Source: an uncultured Chloroflexia bacterium
GTDB taxonomy: Bacteria > Chloroflexota > Limnocylindria > Limnocylindrales > CSP1-4
NCBI GenBank assembly: GCA_963746845.1
Contig: CAVVCZ010000004.1
Coordinates: 128,001 to 192,000 of the forward strand
Direction of reading: 5' to 3'
DNA: 64,000 nt
Each line of letters opens with the position of its first letter. Within the stretch, counting starts at the first letter, position 1. Shown here piece after piece: positions 18,701 through 28,886 of the stretch. Below the pieces are notes generated by a model that did no database searches, was not told the origin of the DNA, and saw only the letters and a list, made by a program, of their open reading frames with translations. The position numbers were made by a program, and so were the translations under genes.

Positions 18701-18727
18701 CGAGTGGCCTGACGGGTCAGGCGAGGA

Positions 18728-19360
18728 TCACGAGTACCGGTATTGCGATGCCTCCAGCTCACCGAGGACCTGCATCCGGAGCTGGTAGAACGCACCAGCC
18801 ACGGCGAGGGCGATGTACACCAGACCCCACAGGAAGTTGTTGTAGATCACCGCGCCGAGGACGCCGCTCCCGAGCGAGCCGACGGAGATGACCCCGAACG
18901 CGAGCAGCACGCCCCCGATCAGCATCGCCGAGCCGCCCATCGCCGTGAGCACGACCACCAGCACCTTGGGGACCGCGAGGACGATCGCCGCGATCGCGAA
19001 GATCACCGCAAGGATCAGCCCGATGGCCACCGCGAGGAAGCCGGTGATGTTGACCAACGCCATCAACCCGACGCCGAGGGTGTATCCGACACCGCCGGCC
19101 AGGAGGACGACCGCTGCCCAGTACCAGAGGTACGAGATCAGGGCGAACCCGGCGCCGAACACGAACCCGACGACCCAGCCGACGACCGTGGCCAGGAAGC
19201 CGTCACCGAACCACACGCTCATCAGCTGGGCGCCGGCGGCGAATCCCACGAGGAATGCCCAGAGCGGCAGCAGGATCAGGAAGAAGCGGAAGCCGTAGAA
19301 GCAGAACGCCGCCCCGATCGCCAACGCCACCAAGCCGAGCAGAATTCCTTCGAGTGTCAT
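18728..19360 (-). CDS. DUF4203 (TM7S3/TM198-like) membrane protein
   Basis: GAAFCFYGFRFF..LLP.W.F.VGF; about 7 TM segments. Confidence 0.75.
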   Translation of the reverse strand: MTLEGILLGLVALAIGAAFCFYGFRFFLILLPLWAFLVGFAAGAQLMSVWFGDGFLATVVGWVVGFVFGAGFALISYLWYWAAVVLLAGGVGYTLGVGLMALVNITGFLAVAIGLILAVIFAIAAIVLAVPKVLVVVLTAMGGSAMLIGGVLLAFGVISVGSLGSGVLGAVIYNNFLWGLVYIALAVAGAFYQLRMQVLGELEASQYRYS

Positions 19361-19481
19361 CGAACAGCGGCCCTCCCAGACCAGCGGGCCCTCGTCATCA
19401 CGAGGTACAGCCCGAACGGGCGGCACCCTACTCCGGCTTGCGTCGGGATGCAATGGGGGTACGTGTCGTATCCGGCGACGT

Positions 19482-20315
19482 TCACGCGCCTGCGGGATCG
19501 CCCGTGCCGGGGCGATACCCGCGGACCCAGTCCACCTCGAAGGCCTTCGGGTAGCCGGCGGACGGGCGCTCGTCGGGGCCGTCGATGGGGAACTCGTAGA
19601 TCCCGAGCATCAGCTGCATCGGATAGGCCGGGGACTGGCCGACGACGCGGACGAGCCGATCGTCGACGTACCAGGCGACCCGGTCCGACGTCCACGTGGC
19701 CGAGTACGTGTGGAGGGCCCGGGCATCGATGGGCAGCTCGACCGCCTCGAAGTCGTCGTCGAGCGCCGGATCCTCGAAGGGATGGATCCCCATGCCGACC
19801 CGGGTCCGATCCCCCCTGACGTCGCGACCGAAGATCTCGGCGACGCAGATCTCGCCGGATCGCATGGGGTCGTCGCCCACGCCGATCATCCACAGCGCCA
19901 CCATCACGCGCGGATCGTCGAGCGCCCGAGCCCGGAGCTCGATCAGGCCACGTCCCTGCAGGTACAGCCGGCGATCGGTCTGCCCGGTCCGGACGACGGC
20001 GCCGGGGGCGAACCGGTGCCCGCCGATCGAGCTGCCGACCGGGCCGGCGAAGACGGCGGTCTGCAGGGACGACACGCGCAGGTCGCCGTCCAGCTCGGGG
20101 CACCACGGCGGTTGATCGGCCTCGATCAGGAGCCGGAGACGGCTGTCGCGGATCTCGTGGCGCGCGGCCGTCCGATCCGGCGTGCTCCAGTGCGGCAGGT
20201 AGTGGGGGAGCCAGCGCCGCTCGTCGAGACGGTCGGTGTCGAAGTCGTCCTCGAACGCGAGCTCGAACGCCGTTCGGTCGAGGACGGTCGGCGGTCGACC
20301 TGTCCCGCCCGTCAC
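19482..20315 (-). CDS. Glycoside hydrolase family 16 protein
   Basis: FEDDFD..LD..RW, ALWMIG, GEICVAE, HTYSATWT, YPMQLML; GTGA overlap with the upstream stop. Confidence 0.75.
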   Translation of the reverse strand: MTGGTGRPPTVLDRTAFELAFEDDFDTDRLDERRWLPHYLPHWSTPDRTAARHEIRDSRLRLLIEADQPPWCPELDGDLRVSSLQTAVFAGPVGSSIGGHRFAPGAVVRTGQTDRRLYLQGRGLIELRARALDDPRVMVALWMIGVGDDPMRSGEICVAEIFGRDVRGDRTRVGMGIHPFEDPALDDDFEAVELPIDARALHTYSATWTSDRVAWYVDDRLVRVVGQSPAYPMQLMLGIYEFPIDGPDERPSAGYPKAFEVDWVRGYRPGTGDPAGA

Positions 20316-21019
20316 GACGGCGGGTTGTTGAGCACCGGCAGCAGGAACCCGACCGCCGTCGCGGCGCCCGCCAGGGCGCCACCGCGCTCGTACGCGAACG
20401 GCATCAGGGAGTTCGTGAGCATTGCGAGGAGGCCGCCGGCAGCGAGCGCCGCAGCCCGATCGCCCATCGCGTCCACGAGGACCTGCGTCGCGATGTAGCC
20501 GATCGCGGCTGAGAGGCCGCAGGCGAGGACCACGACGCCCCACAGCCGGGCCAGTCGCACGGCGCTCCAGCCCGCCGCCCGCAGGTCGGCGGACGGCGCG
20601 ATCGCCTGCGGGATATTCGACACGAAGACGGCCGTCAGGAACGCCGGGCTGATGACGAGCCCGGCTCCGATCTGGATCCCGAAGATCAGGGACTCCGGCA
20701 CCCCATCGACGACCGAGCCGACCACGATACCCATCGCCCCGCCGGAGCCCTCGGAGCCGAACTTGCGCTCCACCAGCGCGTCGCCGACCAGGAAGATCGT
20801 GACCCCGATCAGCATCCAGAGGGCGAACTCCCAGCCGGGGATGTTGGCCTGGCCCTCGGGAACGAGCTCGAACGCGATCGCGGCGATCATCGCGCCGGCG
20901 CCAAATCCCGCCAGGATCCCCACCACCCGGGTGGGCACCGCGATCCAGCAGACGGCCACGCCCGCCAGGAACAGGGACGACTGGGCGATCACCCCTAGTC
21001 CGAACGCCTCGAACAGCAC
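20312..21019 (-). CDS. ZIP family metal transporter
   Basis: FGAGAMI, VVDGVPES, VSNIPQAI, AAGGLLAMLTNSLMP.A. Confidence 0.85.
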   Translation of the reverse strand: MLFEAFGLGVIAQSSLFLAGVAVCWIAVPTRVVGILAGFGAGAMIAAIAFELVPEGQANIPGWEFALWMLIGVTIFLVGDALVERKFGSEGSGGAMGIVVGSVVDGVPESLIFGIQIGAGLVISPAFLTAVFVSNIPQAIAPSADLRAAGWSAVRLARLWGVVVLACGLSAAIGYIATQVLVDAMGDRAAALAAGGLLAMLTNSLMPFAYERGGALAGAATAVGFLLPVLNNPPS

Positions 21020-21187
21020 CGGCAGCTCCCTGGGCTGGAGTCCTCCCCCCGCGTGGTTCGCCCGACAGTGGCGCGGTTGTCGAGCATAGCCGGGGAGGCA
21101 CCGTGGCGGTCGTCGCTACGTCGGACGGGGGTGGGGGAGCCAGCGTCCGGGTCGTCAATCTCGACGGGCGATGCCCTGCGTCGAGGA

Positions 21188-22636
21188 TCAACCCGCACGA
21201 GGCGGCTGGTGGTGCGACACGCGGAGCAGGGCCGAGCCATGCCGTGGGAGGAGCGCCTGCCATCCGTCGGGCTGATCGACCGACGTTCGTTCCCAGAGGT
21301 TCCGCACGGCCAGAGGCCGGCTCAGGCCGAGCTCTTGCCACTCGATCGAAGCTTGGCGCGGACTCTCTCCGCGGTTGAATACCCCGACCGCGACGGACCC
21401 GTCGGCCAGGTCCCTGAACCACGTCTCGAGCGAGCCGTCCACCCGCATTCGACGGGCCTGACGGCCGAGACCATCCTGGTGAACGGCCAGAATCTCCGGG
21501 TTGCTGATCATCCCCATCACCCCGGGCCCGAGCGACGCGAGGTCGCAGCCAAGCAGGAGCGGCGCGCTGAGCAGGACCCAGAGCCCGAGATGGGAGCGCT
21601 GCTCATCCGCGGTCAGGCGTGTGTCGTGCACCGGCTGGGACCAGGCCCCTCCCACCCGGCCCAGCACCAGCATGTCCGGATCGTTCCAGCCACCCGGTCC
21701 GGCGTACGGCTCCATGCCGGCCTGCCCGAACCCGATCCGATCCACCGACTCCCAGGTGTCCTCGATGTCGCCCGACGTTCGCCACGCGTTCGCGCCTGCC
21801 AGAGCTCGAGCCCAGGTCCAGACCTCACTCCACCCGTACTCGCAGATGTGATAGATGATGTCGCGGTCGACTCGATCCAGCGCGGAGCGCATCCGCGCAA
21901 ACGGTGCCACGAGCTCCTTGATCGGAAGCGCCGCGCCGTGAGGCCCCATAGAACACCAGTCATATTTCAGATAGTCGATGCCCCAGGCCGCAAAGCTCGC
22001 GGCGTCCTCGGTCTCGTGGCCCTGACTCCCCGCGAACCCGGCGCAGGTCGTGGGTCCCGGCGACGAGTAGATGCCGATCTTGAGCCCCGCGGCGTGGAGG
22101 TGGGCCGCGAGGTCGGCGAGATCGCCGAACTTCTCGTTGGGATGGAGCCGGCCTCGTCGATCCCGATCACCCTGCCAGCCATCGTCGATGTTGACGCAGG
22201 TCCACCCGAGGTCCGCAAGGCCGGAGTCCAGGAGAACCGTTGCTGCGCGGCGCACGTCCGCCTCGCTGACCGTCGGTCCGAAGACATTCCAACTGTTCCA
22301 ACCTAGCGGCGGCGTCAGGGAGATGTCATCCCCGACCACCAGCGTGATCGTTTCAGTCCAGGGTCCGTCGGCGTCCTCTCCGGCGATCTCGACCCGATGC
22401 TCGCCGCGGACCTGAGTGCGACCGACGATCGAGCCGGACTGAGGATCGATACGAAGACCGGGAGGTAGCCCGGCGATCCGAACGCCGCGCAGATCGGCGG
22501 CCGTGAACCCCCCGATCCGATGGATGAACGGGCGTCCGGGTCGCAGGCCGACGCGCCGCGGCCCCCCAATGGGCGAGCGGGCGAAGTCGTCATCCAGCGC
22601 GCAGATCTCCGGCGGCGACATCGCCTTTCCAGGCAC
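21188..22636 (-). CDS. Alpha-galactosidase GH27 with N-terminal Ig-like domain
   Basis: GLPPGL.ID..G (He_PIG-like); TPPLGWNSWN, NIDDGWQ, DYLKYDWC, WRTSGDI, WNDPDML. Confidence 0.92.
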   Translation of the reverse strand: MPGKAMSPPEICALDDDFARSPIGGPRRVGLRPGRPFIHRIGGFTAADLRGVRIAGLPPGLRIDPQSGSIVGRTQVRGEHRVEIAGEDADGPWTETITLVVGDDISLTPPLGWNSWNVFGPTVSEADVRRAATVLLDSGLADLGWTCVNIDDGWQGDRDRRGRLHPNEKFGDLADLAAHLHAAGLKIGIYSSPGPTTCAGFAGSQGHETEDAASFAAWGIDYLKYDWCSMGPHGAALPIKELVAPFARMRSALDRVDRDIIYHICEYGWSEVWTWARALAGANAWRTSGDIEDTWESVDRIGFGQAGMEPYAGPGGWNDPDMLVLGRVGGAWSQPVHDTRLTADEQRSHLGLWVLLSAPLLLGCDLASLGPGVMGMISNPEILAVHQDGLGRQARRMRVDGSLETWFRDLADGSVAVGVFNRGESPRQASIEWQELGLSRPLAVRNLWERTSVDQPDGWQALLPRHGSALLRVSHHQPPRAG

Positions 22637-24782
22637 CCGGAGCCTCGGGCAGCCCGCGAGGAGCCGCGCCGCGGACGACGTCGTAGCCGCTCGAGTTCGA
22701 CCCGACGTCGACCTGACCGTCCCGGAAATGGAGGGTCATCGATCCGCGCCCGGCCCGCAGGTTGCTGATCGTGACGTCGGGCAGCCAGTCCGGCAGCGCC
22801 GGGTCGACGTACAGCCTGGACCCGCCGGCGTCGGAACGGGCTTCGATCCCGCACAGAATGGCGATGAAGCGGATGACTGCGCCCGACGCCCACGCTTGCG
22901 GGACGTTGGCGCCGAGGTACTGGACGGGAAAGCTGCCGTCGTCTCTTGGCAAGCCGGCGAACAGCTCGGGAAGTCGGTTGGCCTGGAAGCGCTCAGCGGC
23001 GTCGAACATGCCCCGCGCGATCCGGGCCAATTCGACGTGCAATCCATAGCTCCGGAATCCGTCGGCGATGATCGCGTTGTCGTGCGGCCACACCGATCCC
23101 GTGTGGTAGCTGAAGGGGTTGTAGCCGGGATGGTCGGACGAGAGCGTCCTGATGCCCCATCCCGACCACATGTCGCCGGCCATCAGCCGGCGGGCCACGC
23201 GCGCCGCTCGGTCGGCTGGGACGATCCCGGACGAGAGCAGGTGGCCGGGATTCGACGTGACGGAACGGATCGGCCGCTTGCGTCCATCGAGACCCGTGTA
23301 GTACGTCCCTTCGGCATCCCACCAAAACCGATCGTTGAATCGCTCGTAGAGCTGGCGGGCCTCGCGCCGAAGACGTTCTCCATCCTCCGGTTGCCCCAGG
23401 ATGTCGTAGATCGTCGCGAGACGGATCTTGGCGTCGTAGGCGTAACCCTGGAGTTCGCACACCGCAAGGGGAAGCGGTGCGATGGCGCCGTCCTCATGCT
23501 GGATGGCGTCTTCGGCGTCCTTCCAGCCCTGGTTGTAGTAGCCGTGCGACGAGCGTGTCGCGTATTCCTGGAATCCGTCCCCATCGCGGTCGCCGGCCGA
23601 ATCGATCCAGGCCATCGCGGCCTCGGCATTCGGCAGATAGCGCCGGAGCACGGCCGGGTCACCGAGCCATTGGTACAGGTAGGACAGCACGCTGATGAAC
23701 AGGCTTGTCGCGTCGTGGGTCCCGTAGTACGGCTGGAACGGGAGGATGCCGAGCTGAGCCAGCTCGCCGTGACGGATCTCGTGCGGGATCTTGCCCACCT
23801 CCATGTCCCGTTCCGGATCGTCGGACGTGGCCTGGAGGTTCGAGAGGCGGCGCAGTGCCCCGGCGGCGAACTCCGGGAAGCCTGAGATCGTCTGCATCGA
23901 CACGATGAGCGAATCGCGTCCGAACAGGGTCATGAACCACGGTACGCCTGCCGCCGGGATGAACACGCCCCGCTCGAATGTCGGATCCTCGATCCGCAGG
24001 GCTTCCAGGTCGCGAATGGCCTGGGCCCACGCCCGGTTCACCCCGACGTTCGGTGTCGAGACACTGACCGTCGGGAGTCGGACGGACCGCGCATCGCTCG
24101 GCGTCGTGGCGATCGCGTTGCACGGCAGTGTCGTCGGCCGTCGCGCGGACCGCGTCAGCGGCAGCCATCGAAGGCACGTGTGCCAGACGCCTTTCGCCGG
24201 GACGGTTGCGGCGAACACGAGCCGGCCGTTCGCGAACTGAGCCGGCGAGTCCGATCGGTCGGCGGCGACGATCAGCTCCCGATGGAAGTCGCGGTTCTCG
24301 TACCTGGTCCGGAGCTCTGCCCGTGACCGAAACCAGCGACTGTGCAATGAGCCCCGCCGGACGCGCCGGCCGTCCTTGACATCGAAGATGTCTGCGAAGT
24401 CCGAGGCGATCTGGATCTCGACGGCCAGCTGCACGGTCCGCCGACCGTAATTCGTGATGTCGTAATCCTCGTGGACACCACCCGCGATGGTTCGGTCCAG
24501 ACGAACCGAGATCGTGTGACGCTCGATCGGCCCGTCTTCGTCGATCAGGCCGTCATTGCTGAACTCGAAGCGAGCCGAGAAGAACTGGACCTGCGACGAG
24601 TTGAGGAGGACCGGCTGGCTGCCGTTGATCAACAGGTCGTAGCCCGATACGAACCGGGTGTCCCGCGCGAAGAAGCCATCCTCGGAGCCGCCGACGATCC
24701 GGGCCGTCGGCTGACAGACGAGCACGCGGTCGTCGCGATTGATCGTGACGGCCGAGGGTCCGACCTGGATGGGGAGGGTCAC
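22590..24782 (-). CDS. Amylo-alpha-1,6-glucosidase / glycogen debranching family protein
   Basis: DTRFVS, AGVPWFMTLFGRDS, GKIPHEIR, NQGWKD, YHTGSVWPHDN, PQAWAS. Confidence 0.9.
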   Translation of the reverse strand: MTLPIQVGPSAVTINRDDRVLVCQPTARIVGGSEDGFFARDTRFVSGYDLLINGSQPVLLNSSQVQFFSARFEFSNDGLIDEDGPIERHTISVRLDRTIAGGVHEDYDITNYGRRTVQLAVEIQIASDFADIFDVKDGRRVRRGSLHSRWFRSRAELRTRYENRDFHRELIVAADRSDSPAQFANGRLVFAATVPAKGVWHTCLRWLPLTRSARRPTTLPCNAIATTPSDARSVRLPTVSVSTPNVGVNRAWAQAIRDLEALRIEDPTFERGVFIPAAGVPWFMTLFGRDSLIVSMQTISGFPEFAAGALRRLSNLQATSDDPERDMEVGKIPHEIRHGELAQLGILPFQPYYGTHDATSLFISVLSYLYQWLGDPAVLRRYLPNAEAAMAWIDSAGDRDGDGFQEYATRSSHGYYNQGWKDAEDAIQHEDGAIAPLPLAVCELQGYAYDAKIRLATIYDILGQPEDGERLRREARQLYERFNDRFWWDAEGTYYTGLDGRKRPIRSVTSNPGHLLSSGIVPADRAARVARRLMAGDMWSGWGIRTLSSDHPGYNPFSYHTGSVWPHDNAIIADGFRSYGLHVELARIARGMFDAAERFQANRLPELFAGLPRDDGSFPVQYLGANVPQAWASGAVIRFIAILCGIEARSDAGGSRLYVDPALPDWLPDVTISNLRAGRGSMTLHFRDGQVDVGSNSSGYDVVRGAAPRGLPEAPGAWKGDVAAGDLRAG

Positions 24783-25522
24783 GATCGATCCGGCGAGACC
24801 GTCGGCCCGACCGGTACCGCGACCTCACGTCCAGCGAGCCGCCCCTCCAGGCGATCCGCCGCCGGGAGGACGAAGCGTGCGGCCACGAGAGCCGACAGCG
24901 CCACGGCAAAGGTCAGCAACGCAACGAACGCAATCGTGCTGATCGCGACGACGACGAACAACGTCAGGCCGAGGCCGCCGAGCTTGCGCGGGTAGGCCAA
25001 CAGGAGGAGCGCAGCGAGGCGCAGCCGTTCGCGTACGGGCCGCCCGGCCCGGGCCGGGTCGAGCAGGAGTGGCCAGATCGTCCACGCCAGAAGCCAGCCC
25101 GCGACGAGGCCCCAGAACGCCAGCGTGGCCACTGCCCAGCCGACGGGGCTGTCGGACTGGACACCCGTCGCGACATTGCCGAAGAGGATGGCCCCGCAAC
25201 CAGCGAACGCGACGCCGAGGAGGAGTGTCGACGCGGCCGAATGCCTGATTGCGAGGCCATCCCAGAACGAAATTGGCCGATTCCGGGCAAGGAGCGCGGT
25301 GAGCCGGAAGATCCAGGCCGTCGGGAACGCCAGGAGTGGCGCGAGCACGACGGCGACCGGCGTGATGGTTGCGGCAACGATCAGCGCCAGGAGGGTTCCG
25401 CCCCACAGCACGTTGGCGGCGACGAGCCGCACCGAGTTGAAATAGAAGTCCGTGGCCGACGCCCGGGCGGCAGCGCGGAGTCCGGGTGAGGCGACCGGCC
25501 GATCCTCAGCCCTTGACGCCAC
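24779..25522 (-). CDS. Hypothetical membrane protein of the sugar ABC operon (YesL-like)
   Basis: Multi-TM ORF overlapping both neighbours. Confidence 0.65.
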   Translation of the reverse strand: MASRAEDRPVASPGLRAAARASATDFYFNSVRLVAANVLWGGTLLALIVAATITPVAVVLAPLLAFPTAWIFRLTALLARNRPISFWDGLAIRHSAASTLLLGVAFAGCGAILFGNVATGVQSDSPVGWAVATLAFWGLVAGWLLAWTIWPLLLDPARAGRPVRERLRLAALLLLAYPRKLGGLGLTLFVVVAISTIAFVALLTFAVALSALVAARFVLPAADRLEGRLAGREVAVPVGPTVSPDRS

Positions 25523-26406
25523 TGGCCGCGATCCCTTCGACGAAATACCGCTGGAAGAAGATGTAGAGGATCAGGATCGGGAGGGTCGCCATGACAACGA
25601 CCGCCATGAGCGGCGGCCAGTTCGTGAGGAGCCCACCAGCGGTCCTGAAGAAGGCAAGGCCCAGCGGGATCGTGTAGTGGCCCTGCTCGCGGAGAAAGAT
25701 CAGCGGCCAGAAGAACGCGTTCCACGTTCCCTGGAACGTGAGGATGGCGACCGCCGCGAGGGCCGGCGTCGCCAACGGGAGCATGATCCGCGAGAACGTC
25801 GTGAAGAATCCGGCGCCGTCCATCCTCGCCGCTTCCTCGAGGTCGCGTGGGATCGTCAGGAAGAACTGCCGAAGCAGGAAGATGCTCACGGCGCTGACCG
25901 CGAGCACGAGCACGAGCGCGACGTACTGCCCGACCCCCTCGTCAGGCCGAGCCCGTTGAAGATCAGGTAGACGGGAACGAGCCGGAGCTGGTCGGGAATC
26001 ATCAGGGTCCCCAGCACGACGAGGAAGAGCAGCTCGCGCCCCGGGAACCGCAGCCGCGCGAATGCATAGCCGGCAATGCTTCCGAATACCAGGTTCGTCA
26101 CGGTCACGACGGTCGCGATTCCCGCGCTGTTCATGAACAGGACCACGATCGACGGCTTCAGCGTCGTGAACGTGTACTTCCACGCGTCCAGCGTGAACGG
26201 GTCCGGGATCACCGTCGAGCTTTACGGAGTCCGGCAGGGTCTTGAATGACGTGATGACCGACCAGGCGAACGGCGTGAACATCAGCAGCGCATAGCCGAT
26301 GAGCAGCGTGTAGATCACGATCTTTCGCAGCCGACCCGGTCGACCCGTGCCGTGCTTGCGCTGCGGTGGCCCGCGTGGCGACCACGCTCTGGTCGACCGA
26401 CGTCAT
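25506..26406 (-). CDS. Carbohydrate ABC transporter permease (about 3 frameshifts)
   Basis: Pieces in different frames: SVITSFKT, AGYAFARLRFPGRE, EEAARMDGAG (EAA motif), FFQRYFVEGI. Confidence 0.8.
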
Positions 26407-26416
26407 CGCGTCCTCC

Positions 26417-27364
26417 TCACCAGGAGGGTGCCGATCCGAAGAGGCGGCGCTGGACGAGCGTTGCGCCGAAGATGACGATGAACAGGATGATGCCGACCGC
26501 GGCTGCCTTGCTGAAGTTGAGCTGCGTGAATGCCGCGTTGTAGAGGTACAGGACGACCGTCATGAGCGAGTTCGCGGGATCGCCGCCGAGGCCTCCCGCG
26601 ATGGCCGCCTGGTCGAACAGCTGGAGCGCGCCGATCACGGCGACGGTGGCCACGAAGTAGTGGCCCGGCCTCAACAGCGGGAACGTCACGCCCCAGAACA
26701 TCCGCCAGCTGCCGGCGCCATCGATCGCGGCCGCCTCGTAGACCTCGTGGCTGATCGATTGCAGGGAGGCGAGATAGAACAGCATGAACGTGCCCGACGT
26801 CGTCCACGCGTTCAGGACGATGACGGAGTTGAGGGCCGTCGAGGCGTCGCCCATCCAGTTCTGATGCGGCGGGTACCCGAGGAGTTGAAAGAGCGGGTTC
26901 AGGCCGAGTGCGGCGCGGAGCTCATTGAAGAAACCAAATGGCGCGGCCAGGAAGATCCACAGCATCGTGATCGCCGCCGAGCTCGCGATCGCGGGGAAGT
27001 AATAGGCGGCCCGGAAGAACGTCTGACCGCGGATCTTCTGGTTGACGATGACCGCCAGGAAGAGCCCGACCGCCATCGTCAACGGCACCCAGATGACTGC
27101 GTAGTAGACCGTGTTCTGAATGCCCCGGATGAAGTTGGGATCGCTGAGCGCGCTGGCGTAGTTCTGGAGGCCCACGAATTCCACGGGCCCGGACCGGATG
27201 TTCCACTTCCAGACGCTGATGTACAGCGCATAGGCGATCGCCCCGATCTGCAGGACCAGGAACAGGATCATCGGGATCGCGATGAACGCGTATCCCGCGA
27301 TGGATTCCGATCCCAACCCCCTGCGCCGCCGCGTCGCGCTCTGTTGCGGGGTCGCGACCGCCAC
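26417..27364 (-). CDS. Carbohydrate ABC transporter permease
   Basis: FVGLQNY, FFRAAYYFP, YEAAAIDGA EAA motif. Confidence 0.92.
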   Translation of the reverse strand: MAVATPQQSATRRRRGLGSESIAGYAFIAIPMILFLVLQIGAIAYALYISVWKWNIRSGPVEFVGLQNYASALSDPNFIRGIQNTVYYAVIWVPLTMAVGLFLAVIVNQKIRGQTFFRAAYYFPAIASSAAITMLWIFLAAPFGFFNELRAALGLNPLFQLLGYPPHQNWMGDASTALNSVIVLNAWTTSGTFMLFYLASLQSISHEVYEAAAIDGAGSWRMFWGVTFPLLRPGHYFVATVAVIGALQLFDQAAIAGGLGGDPANSLMTVVLYLYNAAFTQLNFSKAAAVGIILFIVIFGATLVQRRLFGSAPSW

Positions 27365-27443
27365 GTTTGATCCTCCCTAGATCAGCGAATCGCGTTCCCC
27401 GGGTGAGGCGTCCAGCAGGCGCCCCACCCGGGCGTCGTCCGAA

Positions 27444-28724
27444 CTATTGCAGGGCAGCGGTGATCGCCGCGGCCGTCGCCGCGACCACCGGATCGGCGCT
27501 GAAGGTCTTGCCCTGGATCTCCTTGGTCATGGCGTCCTGGAACGCCTTCTGGACGGCGTCCCAATGGGGCATGAAACCGCTTCCCGGCTTCGAATAGGGT
27601 GCTTCGGAGACGAGCACATCGGAGCCCTTCGGCGGGGGGACATCGGTTCGCGACGGCAAGGCCGCGCCGGTACCGGTCCAGGCCGTCATCCCGTCCTTGC
27701 CGGTCAGATACGACAGGAGGGCCCAGCCCTGGTCCTTGTTCTTCGAGTCGGCGCCGATCGAGTAGGACACGGTGAAGTGGATCGTGACCGGGCTGCCGGA
27801 CGTGCCGGTCGGCACGACGCCCCAGGCGTACTTGGTGTCCGGATACGCGCTGGTCATCGCACCGTCGAGCCAGGCCCCTTCGAACGCGATGGCGGCATCG
27901 CCCTTGCCGAGCGCGTCGCCGCACCAGCCGTCGCCCATGTCGCTCGCCGTCATCCCCTGGCCGTTCTTGAACAGGTCGAGGTACCACTGAACCGCCGCTT
28001 TCGAGGCGGGCGTGCTGATCTGCTCGGTCTTGCCGTCTGCCGACAGGAGCGAGCCGCCCTGGGCGTACAGGAAGGCGAGGCCACGATCGAGGCCCGGGTT
28101 GAGGCAGATCGGCGCCTTGAGCTTGCCCGCGCCTTTGAGGCCGCCCGCAGTCGTCACGAGATCCGCCATCGACGCCGGCGCCGCCGTCACCAACGAGCTG
28201 TTGTAGGCCATGCCGATCGTGCTGCCGTCCTTCGGGAACCCGTATGTCTTCCCGTCGGTGCCCTTGAAGATCGAGGCATAGCCCGGAAAGAATGGGCTCG
28301 TGTCGAAATTGGACTTCGCGATGTAGTCGTCCAGCGGCGACAGGAATCCCTGGTCGATCCACTGTTGGGCGTAGTCCGCATTCACGTAGAAGACGTCCGG
28401 GACGTCGTGCGAGGCGAAGTTCGTGGCCATGACCGTCGCGTAGTCACCGGCGATCGGCTGGTAGTCCACCTTGATGTTCGGGTTCGCGGCCTGGAAGTCG
28501 AGCAGCGTCTGGGTCAGCGCGTTGCCCTCGGCCGGCGAGGCCTGCCACCCCGACAGGACGGCCGTCCCGCTGACCGCGGCGGCCTCGGAGCTGGCGCTCG
28601 GAGCTGCTCCCTGGGAGCTCGCTGCTTGTGAAGGGCTGGTCTCCTTAGAGGGAGCACTCGAGCTGCTGCTCGTGCAGGCCGCCACGATGGCGGCGGTCGT
28701 GATGACCGCCACGAAACGACGCAT
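27444..28724 (-). CDS. Sugar ABC transporter substrate-binding lipoprotein
   Basis: Lipobox IVAAC; PDVFYV; GKTYGFPKD; AGGAGG RBS. Confidence 0.9.
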   Translation of the reverse strand: MRRFVAVITTAAIVAACTSSSSSAPSKETSPSQAASSQGAAPSASSEAAAVSGTAVLSGWQASPAEGNALTQTLLDFQAANPNIKVDYQPIAGDYATVMATNFASHDVPDVFYVNADYAQQWIDQGFLSPLDDYIAKSNFDTSPFFPGYASIFKGTDGKTYGFPKDGSTIGMAYNSSLVTAAPASMADLVTTAGGLKGAGKLKAPICLNPGLDRGLAFLYAQGGSLLSADGKTEQISTPASKAAVQWYLDLFKNGQGMTASDMGDGWCGDALGKGDAAIAFEGAWLDGAMTSAYPDTKYAWGVVPTGTSGSPVTIHFTVSYSIGADSKNKDQGWALLSYLTGKDGMTAWTGTGAALPSRTDVPPPKGSDVLVSEAPYSKPGSGFMPHWDAVQKAFQDAMTKEIQGKTFSADPVVAATAAAITAALQ

Positions 28725-28778
28725 TGCCGCGTTCCTCCTTCCGGAAACGCCCGGCGGTCGAGTTGACCACCCGAGCGC

Positions 28779-28794
28779 GTGGTACCGGTTCCAC
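28779..28794. promoter_or_regulatory. LacI-family operator
   Basis: Near-palindrome GTGGTACCGGTTCCAC with a central CG, between the LacI gene and the SBP start. Confidence 0.7.
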
Positions 28795-28886
28795 GGCGCT
28801 TGCAGCGATAGTAGTCGCGTCGTCAATACCCCTGCATCGGCGTCCTGGCGATCCCGGTGGATCGCTCGGTCGAGCGGCCAGTGGCA

